Below, in pieces: positions 49,271 to 61,295 of a stretch of 64,000 nt of DNA (within the stretch, counting starts at the first letter, position 1; every line of letters begins with the position of its first letter). The DNA comes from Camelus dromedarius. Lineage: Eukaryota. The position numbers were made by a program, and so were the translations under genes. The stretch covers positions 102,550,001-102,614,000 of the forward strand of contig NC_087437.1 in assembly GCF_036321535.1 (NCBI RefSeq), read 5' to 3'. The notes under the pieces are model-generated. The model searched no databases and was not told where the DNA came from. It saw only the letters and a list, made by a program, of their open reading frames with translations.

Positions 49271-51059
49271 AGCAACAGCAAGCTATTAAACTGGAAATCA
49301 GTTACACACACACAAATGTAAATGTACTGGGTGTTCTTGAAGCTATAAATTACCCTGAGTTACTCACCTATCTAAGGAATATGATCTCTGTGGGCTTTTA
49401 AATGGATATTAAAGGAAGTTTCATTATGCAAAGAGCAGATTTTTATAGCTCTGGAAAGAATATGCCAAATTGTATAAAAATCTGGATGCATGGTTGAATA
49501 ACATTATCAGTTTCAAAGGTAAAATAGGAAATTCTAAGAATAAAAGTGTTGTCCATTTTTATGCTGCAAACTCCAGTAAAAAATAGCCAATGTTTCAAGT
49601 GATGACAATAAGTAGAGGCTGGTAAGTCCAGCTTTATTCCATAAATTAACTATTTTACATTTTCAAAACCGAGAATGTATATTCAATGCAAATGGATAAT
49701 TATGTATAAACATGAAATGGAATCTCCTTAATGACTCAAATTTTGAAATCTCAATATAGCCTAAGCATAATGTGATTCTTTTTTAATGTTCTCAGATGAG
49801 AAAAATCTATTGCCATTTGTGGACCTTTTAAAAATCTGTTTTCATTCCTAATTAAATAAACATTGTATAAATATAAATATTTTAAATATTAAGCTAAAAC
49901 CCATTTTATGGGCTTCAGTGTTACTTCCAAAAAGGATGCTAAAAACAATCTATTGGCAGGGAAATGATCAGGGATCATTTCTTATTTTATGATTTAAAGC
50001 AAGATGTTAGGTAAAAGATAAGAACTTTTAATTTGCAGGTTAGTTTTTCAAGAAAGATGAGTTAATCTGGATATGTATATTGATAAAATTTCATACTGAC
50101 TTAATACATTTGACTTTCAGATTTTACTGTGAAAGTCTTTTTTACTTAGGAGGAAGATATGTTTCCTTTCCTAAGGCAAAGACTACAAAACATAAAAATC
50201 AATTCTCAGAACGTTGACAAAAGCTAGCTAGCCCTTACAGAAATGCTGCCACCAAAGTATGAGTTTTGAGGATCTTATACTTTAGTTGAGACTAAGAACA
50301 TTGTTTCTTGGTAGAAAATAACAAAAGTAGATAGTCAGGGAAAAGCCAATGTTTTAAATAAAAAAAAAAGGCATAGTCAAATCTAGGGCCATTGTCACTT
50401 TGAAGTCATACTCTACAGATCTCATAATCCCTCGTAATGACACACAGCACTTTTAAAAGCACATATTCCTCTGTCTCTGCTTTGTGTTGTGTTGTGTTGA
50501 TATGAATCATTCCTAAAAACAGGGCTTTGAAAATACCTTCACACATTAAATGTCAACAATCTCTACTCATCAAAAATTGCAAACACTTGATTTTGTTCTG
50601 TGAGCCTCTACTGATATATAGGTCTTCACTAGCACTCAACACTTATGGTAATTCATATAAAAATACTTCATTAATACGTTGCCTATGTAATAATGGAAAA
50701 AGTTTGCAATTATGACAAAAATATCCGTAATTGCTCTAATTCTTTATTTTTATTTCCTAGTGGATTTCTGAATTCATAAATTGCCAATTCAATGTGTGCA
50801 CTAAACATAGTATAGTGACATTTTCAATGATTTAATCTCCATAGATACTCATTTTATTTAATTTTAGTTATGATTCAATATAACTATCTTTATTGAATCA
50901 TCTAGAGTGTTGATGTAAGATTGTTTATAATTTATCATCTTTTGAGACTCTTATATAAGAGAGACATGTGCAAGAAATGAGGATTCCAAAATTAATTTAA
51001 AAGCTAGAATTACTATCCACAGTCTTCTGGGGAAGGCAGACCCTTATCAGATGATTTTA

Positions 51060-51450
51060 ATCACATGTGAAAAGTACAATAACGGAGATATTCACATAGG
51101 ATTGTGGGTTCACAATGAAAATACTTTACTGAGACTTGGGAAATAAGAGGTGGTTTTCTAGGTAAGGTGCCACTAAGCTGGATGTAAAAACATGAACTGG
51201 GAAGATAATCTAGCGTGAAGCTAGGAAGATGGGGAAGAAAAGGTTTCTGTCTAAAAAAAAACCACATAAACAAAACAAAATTAGCACAGTGTAAGGTGTT
51301 CAATGAATTAAAGCAGGAGAATAAATTCTAGAGGCAGAAAATTAAGATAATAAGGAAGGAAAAGTTCAGGTCATGGAGATGCTTCTCAATTAAAATGGTG
51401 TGAGAAACTGAGGATGGGTGTGAATTGGAATCTAGGAATATAGGGAGAGT
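51060..51450 (-). mobile_element. L2 fragment
   Basis: Purine-rich L2-like sequence (TTTCTAGGTAAGGTGCCACTAAGCTG). Confidence 0.45.
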
Positions 51451-51483
51451 GAAGTAGCAAACATTAACCTAAGATGTGTCCAT

Positions 51484-51850
51484 TGTGTGCTTGGGTGGCT
51501 CATAGTGGCACCATTTGCATAATCTTCTCTCCTTGAGTGTGGGCTGGATTTATTGATTCATTTATAATAAATAGAATAAGGCAGAAATGATGCGATGTCA
51601 TCTCACAGATTAGGCTATGGAAAGACTGTGGCTTCCACCCTAGATAGTCTCTCTTGCTCCCTCTTGGATGATGATCAATTCCCCCTGATGGAGATAAACT
51701 GCCAGGTTGTAAGAAGGCCTTGTGGAGAGACCTATGGCGCAAGCTTGGAAACACGTTCTGAGGACTGTCGACAACCACGTGAGTGAACTGGGAATTGGAC
51801 TTATCTGTCCCAGTGGAGCCTGGCGATGACTACAACCCCAACAACAGCAT
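51484..51850 (+). mobile_element. MLT1F-like MaLR LTR, 3'-truncated
   Basis: CCTTGAGTGTGGGCTGGA...AATAGAATAAGGCAGAAATGATG...AAAGACTGTGGCTTCCA...AACCACGTGAGTGAACT. Confidence 0.8.
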
Positions 51851-53652
51851 TATTCAGAATAAGAGACATGAAAATTGGACAGAAACCAGGGAAGGAACTG
51901 AGGTTGGCAGAACTAATCAATCATGCAAGAAGGAAACCGCTGTTTACATAGACTTTGGGTTTTCAGTCCTTGTCAAAGAGGGAGAAACCAATTGTCTGTT
52001 ATTTCATTTCAGTCACGTGCTCACTCTTAGAACACACAGGATGGTAAAAGAAGGAGCCTAACAAAGACAGCCTTTTCTTTTCCCCAAAAATTCCTTTGAC
52101 CTCTGCAGTGAGACAGCAGAATGCATGTAGTGACAAGAACTTACTCAAATGAGAGTGAGGTATTTCTTCAAAATAAAACTGACATGCTATCAAGAAGGGC
52201 AAATTGATGTTAGGTAGTCAAGATACAATGAATGCCCACTGTCTGAAAAAGGAAGAAGGAAGCCTGAAATACAAGTTTATAATATATGTTATCTATATCA
52301 TTCCATTTTTTAATTTAGGAGCTGTTTCATGTCTGAAGATTTGCCAGTTTCCCACAATTACAAGGAAGCAAAGTGTAGGAGGAGTTCCTGGAAATCACAC
52401 CAAGCTTCCTGCTTTTCTCTGCTGTTTGAGTCACCTTCCTAATTATCATACAAACTTTAGGGATAATATTTCATAACTCAGATTTTAAAGCTAAAGCTTT
52501 TTAAAAAGTTTTTGTTTTATTTAGTTTGGATATACATTTGGAAGGTCTTTTCCCACATTAATAGTAATCCTGATTTGTTTTATTGTCTCCCGGTGCGAAT
52601 ATTTTAGAGCGCTTCCATGGCATTTGTGACATAACTTATTTAAAGTTAGCAGGAGAGCAGACATCCTCCTTTGGCAATTCCAGTTCGCATACTAAATGCA
52701 GGTTTTCTCATGAAGTACAACAGCTGCATAAATTTGAAAAATTGAGAATCATGGAAAATGATATTTCAATAGCAGCTCAATTCAGCAAAGTGACAAAATT
52801 CACCATGTAATATGATACCGTGAACAAGGTTAATGCCCTGTGCAAACTACATTTCCCTGAAGATTTGTTGCTGTTGATGATGATTTTAGATAACTACATA
52901 ATCCTTCTATTACACATACTTTTCTGTCAGATGGAGATCAAAATACTGGTAAAATATGTCTATATCATGAAAAGAAAAATCTATAGCTGCAGCAAAAATG
53001 AGGCACAAGACACACATAAACAAACGAAAACACACAAACAGCTGAGTGGGAGTGAATCAATAATAATTTTTAAATAATGAGCACCTGATGTAATTTTATT
53101 GGAAGAATAAATGCATGTTAATTTTTAAATTTCCCGTATCCATTCCCAAATTCAAAGGTAATGATAATTCTCACAAAACAGAAAATTGTATTATATTTAC
53201 CTGAAATACACAGAAAATTATTATTTTGATTTTTTTTTTCATTTTAACCAAGGAAAACTGTCTCTCTCCATAACACACACAGAAAAGGAGAGAGCATACA
53301 ACACTACATCCTCTGCAATCAAGTTACGACTCGTTAAGATTGTGAGTTTAGCATAGTCAGAAGTTTCTAAAATTTGGATGCCTTATTGAACTTAAAAATG
53401 TGTAATAAATCAAAAAAATTTGTCCATTATAAATGAGCCCATGAGCCCAGCTGAGGGAATCACACACATTCTCTCTGTCTCTCTTCTCTGTCTCTGTCTC
53501 TGTCTCTCCCTCATACACACACACACATACAAACACACAGATACACACACATACAATTTTTTTCCACAAGTAATTAAAGTTAATTACTGAAATTCCCTGA
53601 AGACTTCATTGTGTCATAGCACAGAAAGTAATAAATATTGACAGAAAATCTT

Positions 53653-55023
53653 TTTTTTTTTTACTAATATTAGCATTTATTGTGCACTAACATTTATTTT
53701 TTTCTTCCCTTTTTGACTGAAGTATAATCAGTTTACAATGTTGTGTCAGTTTCTGGTGCACAGCATAATGCTTCAGTCATACACATACATACATATATTC
53801 CTTTTTATATTCCTTTTCATTATAGGTTATTACAAGCTATTGAATATAGTTCCCTGTTATACAATATAAACTTTTGTTTAGCTATTTTTTTGTATAGTAG
53901 TTAGTATCTGCAAATCTCAAACTCCCAATTTATCCCTTCCCACCATAACCATATGTTTTTTATGTCTCTGAATCTCTGCTTTGTAAATAAATTCATCTGT
54001 GTCTTTTTTTTTTAGAATCCACTTGTAAGTGATATTATATGTTATTTTTCCTTCTCTTTCTGGCTTACTTCACTTAGAATGATTATCTACAGGTCCATCC
54101 ATGTGGCAGCAAATGACATTATCATATCCTTTTTTATGGCTGAGTAGTATTTTATATATATATATAATTGAAGGTGTGTGTATATATATATATACACACC
54201 ATAGATTCCTTATCCAGTCATCTGTTGATGGACATTTAGCTTATTTCCATGTCTTGGCTATTGTAAATAGTGCTGCTGTGAACTTTGGGAAGCATGTATC
54301 TTTTTGAGTTAGAATTCCCTCCAGATATAGTTTCAGGATTGGGATTGCTGAATCATAACTTAAGTCTATTTTTAGTTTTTAAGAATCTCCATACTGTTTC
54401 CCATAATGGCTGCATTATGACTGGTGTGAGGTGATACCTCATTGTAGTTTTGATTTGCATTTCTCTGATACTTAGCGATATAGAACATTTTTTTCATGTG
54501 CTTATTGGCCATTTTTATTCTTCATTGGAAAATTGATTGCACTTGGATTAAAAGAACTAATATTATTAAAATGGCCATACTACCCAAAGCAATCTACAGG
54601 TTTAATGCAATCCTTACCAAATTACCTAGGACATTTTTTCACAGAACTAGAATAAATAATCCTAAAATTTATACGGAATCACAAAAGACCCAGAATTGCC
54701 AAGGGAATACCAAAGAAAATGAACAAAGCTGGAGGAATAACCCTCCCAGACTTCATACAATACTATAGAACTACAGTAATCAAAACAACATGGTATTGGC
54801 ACAGAAACAGACATATAGATCCATGGAACAGAATAGAGAGCCCAGAAGTAACACAGAATGGGAAACAATATTTGCAAATGATGCGACTGACAAGGGCTTA
54901 ATCTCCAGAATATACAATCAGCTCATACAACTTAATAACAAAAAGCAAAAAACCCAGTGCAAAAATGGGCAGAAAACCTAAACAAGCAATTTTCCAATAA
55001 AGACATACAAATGACCAATAGCC
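53653..55023 (-). mobile_element. L1 insertion with 5' inversion (about 54535-55023 on +) and a short 3' transduction
   Basis: Perfect 12-bp TSD ACAGAAAATCTT (53641-53652, 55024-55035). Antisense L1 3' part at 53715-54532. The sense-strand ORF2 piece encodes [18 protein letters not shown] and [10 protein letters not shown]. Confidence 0.92.
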
Positions 55024-56185
55024 ACAGAAAATCTTAAAGAGAAACACTAGGACAACAAATAAACATAGAATAACTTGTTCAATAAAGGTCTGTGAAATTT
55101 CTTTTTTGTTTCATAAAGGGGTTCATATGGTGTAGCTGACCCACAAGTTTAAGTTCCCATATATACAAAATTATAATCTGAAAAGTAACTAATGTTATAT
55201 TTTTCAATTCTCATTTCTAAAATGAGTTTTCAAGATGCAGGCCAAAATCAGCTCACAGCATCGATACTCAAGGGGCAAGCCAATGTTCTTTAAGAGGATA
55301 TAACACTACAGTTTCCTAGTAATTGATATAAACATCTATCTCTTTAGCTTGGTAACCACCAGAACGACAACACAAGAAGTCTGGGCAGGCTTTCTGCCAC
55401 TCTTAGATTCAATTTGATTAAATGATTATTTAAATCTCCAAAAGTATTTTAGGAAATATTTTAGGAACTATAGTTGACCTTCAAATCTCTTCATTGTTCA
55501 ATTATTAATCCTTGATTATGTATATATGTATATATACATACATACATATACACACACACACACACATAGTATACAGATTATCTTTATTATATATACTACA
55601 TATATATTATATGCATTTATATCTTCATTTAAGGGTTTAAATTTCCTGTGGAAACTTGCTTAAGGAATTTGTGGCCTAATTTTCACACATTAAAAATGGC
55701 ATTAGATTTTCTTTTCAAAAATTCTGTTTAAATACTGTGGTCTGAGTAGCATGAGAAGTTGGTGACACACTTCCCAAACTCAACCAACAAATAAAGTCAT
55801 GGATACTCTTATTAACAGTGCAGAACTGAGTATCTGTCACATGTTAATAGGTAAATGCATTGTTGCTATAAAAGTGTCCTGTACTTCGCCATATAACTTC
55901 TTATTCTAATGATGCATAAATAATATAAAATAAAAAAACTTAAAATTATAAGTTGACAGTTGGTGGAGAGAGAATATTTTGTCTTGGCAGTACTGAGATG
56001 TGAAAGTTAACAGTAACCTTCTTAGAGAATCATCTCCTGTGTAGACTCTGGGAATAGAAAAATCATCAAGATTTTTTTTTAAACTCAAGAAATTCAGTCT
56101 TATTTTCATATTCCCTATTTTGTTGTCCTTCTCTTGCAAACATATTTTCCCTACTTAACAACACTTTTACTCCGTTTCCTAGCAA

Positions 56186-56354
56186 TGCACATGTGTGCGC
56201 ACGCATGCACACACACACACAAACACGTGCACACACACACATATGCGCATGCACACACACACACAAACACGTGCACACACACACATATGCGCATGCACAC
56301 ACACACACAAACACGTGCACACACACACAAACGCGCATGCACACACACACACAC
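56186..56354. repeat. CA-derived minisatellite, 44-bp unit, about 3.5 copies
   Basis: AAACACGTGC recurs at 56221, 56265 and 56309 (period 44). Confidence 0.95.
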
Positions 56355-56969
56355 TTATACTGGTGACACTGTAAGGTTCCTGTAGAGCAATGTAGATTGT
56401 ATCAAGCATGTCAAAATTCAATACTTCCTTTAAATTCTAAGTAATCTAGGTAATTCATTTATAAGAATGAGGAAATGCTAAAATATGAAGAAAAAGTGTT
56501 ACAAAATCAGTATAAGAAAATAAAAGAAGGCAGAGAGGAGGGCAAGCCAATCTTTTCTGCAGTGTTGCAAGAAAGCTACTGTGAGGATATGAAAATTCAG
56601 TTAATTATTTTCAGCTGAGTCATATTTTACCAGATGGTACCTGGGATTGGGGATGGAGGAGGAGGAGCAACTTCTACTAGAGATTATATCATATGACAAA
56701 GTGCGGAAGAGAGAGAGAAATAAAATTTTGTACATTTGAAGTATAAAATTACAAAGAAGTCAGGTCAGGAAAAGATGTGTGTTAACAGTAAGATATTTAC
56801 ATCTTTGACCATGGGAGAGTACTGAGAAAATGAAGTAGAGAAATGTCATCCTTAATTTTAATTTTACACTTAAAATTTTAAGTATGTGAATGAACATTTC
56901 TGATTTTATGTCTGTAGTTTGAGTCTTTATACCCTGTAGGAACAACATTTAGACTCTAATAAGATCGGC

Positions 56970-57500
56970 GTTCCTCCTGCGTGTTCTCATGATATACTAA
57001 GTTAGATTTGTCTTATCATTTGTCACACTGAATTGTGATTTAATGCTTATAGTCCTACAACATTCATGCTTTAAGGATAAGGACCATAGTTCTGATTCAC
57101 CTAGGTGGCCCCTAACACTTCAAATAAAATAAAATTGAAACAATTATTTGATGAATAAATGAATGGATGATTCACTCTTCCTCTCTGCCTGCTCCTGGGA
57201 AATATTTGCTCTTTTCCCATTAACTTGTATCTCAGTAAATGTCACCACAATCTATCCAATTAGTCAAAACATTTGCCTGCGAATTTTCTTTACTTCACTC
57301 TCATGCAACAACATTAACCCGTGAATTTGACAACTTTTCATATACTCAACCATTGTCTGCACTGTGTCAGTATCCTGCTGGCTTATTTCTTCAGTTTTTA
57401 CTTGACAGTTTACATAAAGCAGCAAGAGTTCATTTTTAACAGAGATATAAATCAGAACCTGTCACTACTGTGCTCAAAATGGTTTTCTGGTTCAACCTCT
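56970..57500 (+). mobile_element. L2 fragments
   Basis: AAGGACCATAGTTCTGATTCAC...ATTTGATGAATAAATGAATGGATG tail, then AAAGCAGCAAGAG...TAAATCAGA...GTCACTACTGTGCTCAAAA. Confidence 0.65.
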
Positions 57501-57502
57501 GC

Positions 57503-60500
57503 CTAGGTTATGGAAAGCTGGAAAGAACATCACCCCCACTTACACAAAAATTAAAATCCAGATAAACCACAAAATTAAAGCTTTTCTTCACCCTGAAACT
57601 CAGTTTCCACTGTTCAACATGAAAAGTTCAAAGATTCAATTACAAAATATAAAACTCAGGAAAGAAATAATGGGAAAATAAATAATACCAAAAGACAAAG
57701 CAATCAACCTGACCAGACTAGGAAATGAACCTCATGTAGGAATTCACAGAGAGGTAATTTGTAACAACTATGATTAATATAGTAAACTTCCTGGTGGAAA
57801 ATAGATAGAGAATGTCAAATGAGACAGAGAAAAGGTGAAATGGAAATGCTAGGCAGGGAAAGAAACACAACAACACTACTGAAGGCAACACTGCAGGACA
57901 GTGTAATTCAAATTCCAGACAGAAGAGAGAGAGAGAGAGAAGAATACGACGCCAGATAAAAAGTGTATCTACACACAAAATATGAAGGGGTCTGAAAACT
58001 GTTATAATAAAAGTAATTATGCAAATACTTGTTTTTTTTTTTTTTATATTAAATTACTCTAAAGCAGAGGTTCTCAACCAAGAGCAATTTTACACCCCAG
58101 GACACATTTGGCAATTTCTGGAGACTTTTAAAAAATTTTTCATAACTGTGATGGTGGGGAGGGATGCGACAGCAACCCAGCGAGTAGAGACCAGAAATCT
58201 TACTAAACACACCAAAAAGCAGGACAGCCCCAACTGCAAAAACTTACCTCATCCAAAATGTTAACAGTGCCAATACTGAGAAACACTAAACAAGGATGGC
58301 TGATGATGCAAAGGAGAATGGTAGTAATGTCCTGTGCATTTTAGCATAGGTAAAATTAAAATGCATGACCATAATAGCACAGAAATTTGGCGACTGAAGT
58401 TAGAAATATAGAGCTGTAAGTTCATGAAAGGTTAACTGGTATTGCGTTATTTGAAGAATGACTATGACATATTAAAGATGCTATTGTAAATCCTAAGATA
58501 ATCTCTCATTTTCTTTTTAAAAATAAGGTACAAATAATAAAGCCACAGTGGAGATAAAATGTCTCACAGTAATCACACACTTCATCTGCAATAGAGCAAA
58601 AAAAAAAAAAAAAAAAAAAGAAAAAGAAAAAGAATATGACAAATACAAAGAAGTTAGTGAAGTATATTTATCTAACAATGAAAAATAAATCAGTAAGGAG
58701 CAATTTAACCTAAATAGAACAAACATTATATTAAATGCATATTGTCTAAAATTGACACTTAAAAGACACAGATGACCCAATCAGAGAGAAAAGCCACATT
58801 AAATACAAAGACATATACAGGGAAAAAGTACAAGGATGAAAAATAAGTACATACCATGCAAACATTGAAGAAAAGAAAGCTGGGGTGGCAAAATTAATAA
58901 TTGACAAATTTAACCTCTGAACAAGGAAAGTTACTAGCAATGAATAGAGGTGCCATGTAAAGATAAAGAAGTTAATTGGTCGGTGAGACACAACAATCTT
59001 TAACGTGTGCTGTAGCTGACAAGAGAGCTTTAAAATACACAAACTGTCAGCATTGAAATTAGAAATGGAAAAATGTACATAGTCTACTGGAACACTTCTT
59101 CAGGAATAGAACAGGTAGACAGAACATCAGTTAGAATATAGAAGACCCAATTTGGCATAATTAACATTTATAAAACATTCACCAACAACATCAGAATATG
59201 TATTTTTTTTTTCAGATTCATGTATCACTTTCAACAAGATAGATGGATTCTTGGCCAAAAAGTTTTTTAAAAGCCTCAAATTTTCAAAATAATTAAAATC
59301 ACAAGTAGTACTCTAATAGTAACAAAATTAAAGTTGAGATCAAAAATGGAAGGATCTGGAAAATTTTGAAAAATTTAGAAATTGAGCAGTTTGCTGTTAA
59401 ATGACATGGGTCTGAAATGAAGTTAAGAAAGACATAAAAAAGTATTTTGTTTCAATGAAAATGAGAACAGCATCTCGAATTTGTGGGACAATGATAAATT
59501 ACTGCTTAGAAAGACATTTATTGCATTAACGTTTATAAAGTAAGGTCTCAAATAAAGGGTTTTTATCTCCACCTTAAGAAACTTGAAAAAATGAGAGGAA
59601 AATTAAATCCAAATCAAGTGGAAATACTAAAATAATAAAGAAGAAAGGAATTAATGAAATTGGGAACATAAAAATAATAAAGAAAATGAAACCAAAAGCT
59701 GGTTATTTGAAAAGATCAATAAAATTGATAGTTCGCTAGACCAACTGATGAAGAAAGAAGAGAAACTACACAAATTACCAATATCAGGTAACAACAGATT
59801 ATTAGGATAATTGTATGGCCTTAAATTTGACAACTGAGATGGAGTGGAAATTAATTTAAAGATACAAATTACTCAAGGAACTCATTCAAGAAGAAATAGA
59901 TATAACTGAGTAGTCCTGAATCTATTTTAAAAATTGAAATAATTATTTCTAATGAAGATAACTCCAGACTCAGATGGTATTACTTGCACATTCCACCAAA
60001 TTTTAAGGAGAAATAATATAAATTTCATGAAACTCTTCCAGAAAATAGAAGCAAAGGAATACTATTAAACTTATTTCATAAGACCAGAATTATCCTAATA
60101 AAAAAACCAAAAGATTATACCATAAACATACAGCTATCATTATACCTAACAGAGAAAGACTAAATCCTTCCTTACAAAGATCAGGAGAATGCAAAGATGT
60201 CCACTCTTACCACTTTTATTTCAAAACTTTACAGAACAAAATACAGAGGAGAGAAATCAAAGAATATCTAAATAAAAGCTGGTTGTGGATTGGGAGATTC
60301 AATATTGTTAAGATAGCAGTTCTGTAGATTAAATCCAAATCCAATCAAAATCACAAAATTGTTTTTCATTTATATGTTGTTTTTAGAAATCAACAAAGTG
60401 ATTCTAAAGTTTATCTAGAAAAGGAAAGAAACTAGAACAAGCAAAACAATTTTGAAAAGAATAAGTATTAATAATTATTTTTTCCGAAGACTGTTAAGAA

Positions 60501-60780
60501 AATAAAATGACAGAACACTGACTTGAGGGAAAATATTTATAAAACACGTATCTCATCATAGGCTTATATCCAAACTTGTTTCCAAAATAGATAAAATATT
60601 CTCAAAACTCTATAATAAGACACAAAATGATCCAGTTTAAAATGGACAAAAGACTTTAACACACAATTGATGAAAAAAGGTACATGAATGGTGAATAAGT
60701 TCAGGAATAGAAGTTCAACACCATTAGCCATAGGAAATTGCAAACTAAAATGACAGTGAGATATCCCTATACATGCAAGT
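57503..60780 (+). mobile_element. Old fragmented L1M (ORF1/ORF2 remnants)
   Basis: L1 motifs ATACCATGCAAAC...AAGAAAGCTGG, GGTTATTTGAAAAGATCAATAAAATTGA, AAACTCTTCCAGAAAATAGAA and AAAATGGACAAAAGACTTTAAC. Confidence 0.85.
58065..58288. mobile_element. MER20 hAT-Charlie element nested in the L1
   Basis: CAGAGGTTCTCAACC...CATTTGGCAATTTCTGGAGAC...CAGGACAGCCCC...CCAAAATGTTAACAGTGCCAA...TGAGAAAC. Confidence 0.88.
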
Positions 60781-60784
60781 GCAC

Positions 60785-61130
60785 AAAGATTTCATCCTAT
60801 GGTTTCTTCTAAAAATTTTACAATGTCAGCATTTAAATTTAAGTCTATGATCCACTTTGAATTAATAGTTTTATATATATATATATATTTATGATTCGCA
60901 GGTGGCTGTCAAATTGTCCTAGCATCCTCTGTTGAAAAACATTGTTTCTCCTTTTGAATTGCTTCTGCAAGACTGTTGAGTATATATATGCATGGATGGA
61001 TCTATTTCTTGAATCTCTATTCTATTCCTTTTATGTAAGTTTCAATTGTTTTGGTAATTTCATGTGTCTTAGTTATTACAGCTTTTTAAGTGTTAGAATC
61101 AATTAGTGTAAGTCCTTCAATTTTATTATA
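60785..61130 (-). mobile_element. L1 ORF2 fragment in the opposite orientation
   Basis: TTTAAGTCTATGATCCACTTTGAATTAAT...GCATCCTCTGTTGAAAA...CTCTATTCTATTCC. Confidence 0.8.
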
Positions 61131-61179
61131 GTGTTTTTAAAATTTACCTGTTTTTGTCTCATACTAAAAAATAAATTCA

Positions 61180-61295
61180 TGACTGCAAAATCAACAAAAG
61201 TCTCTGTCTATTTTGTTCACCACATTTTGTTTCTAGCCACTAGAACAATACTAGCCATATGGCAGATGCCTAATGAGTATTTATTAAATGAACAA
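61180..61295 (+). mobile_element. L2 3' end
   Basis: TGTCTATTTTGTTCAC...CTAGAACAATAC...TATTTATTAAATGAA. Confidence 0.65.

Noticed and set aside
54496..54981. ORFs with recognisable protein similarity ([15 protein letters not shown])
   Set aside because: Frameshifted L1 ORF2 fragments inside a truncated insertion, not a host gene.
56186..56354. Regularly spaced repeats suggesting a CRISPR array
   Set aside because: The units are contiguous low-complexity tandem copies without unique spacers, there are no cas genes, and the context is mammalian.
56066..56421. Several overlapping ORFs rich in Cys/Val or His/Thr
   Set aside because: They are translations of the CA-derived minisatellite.
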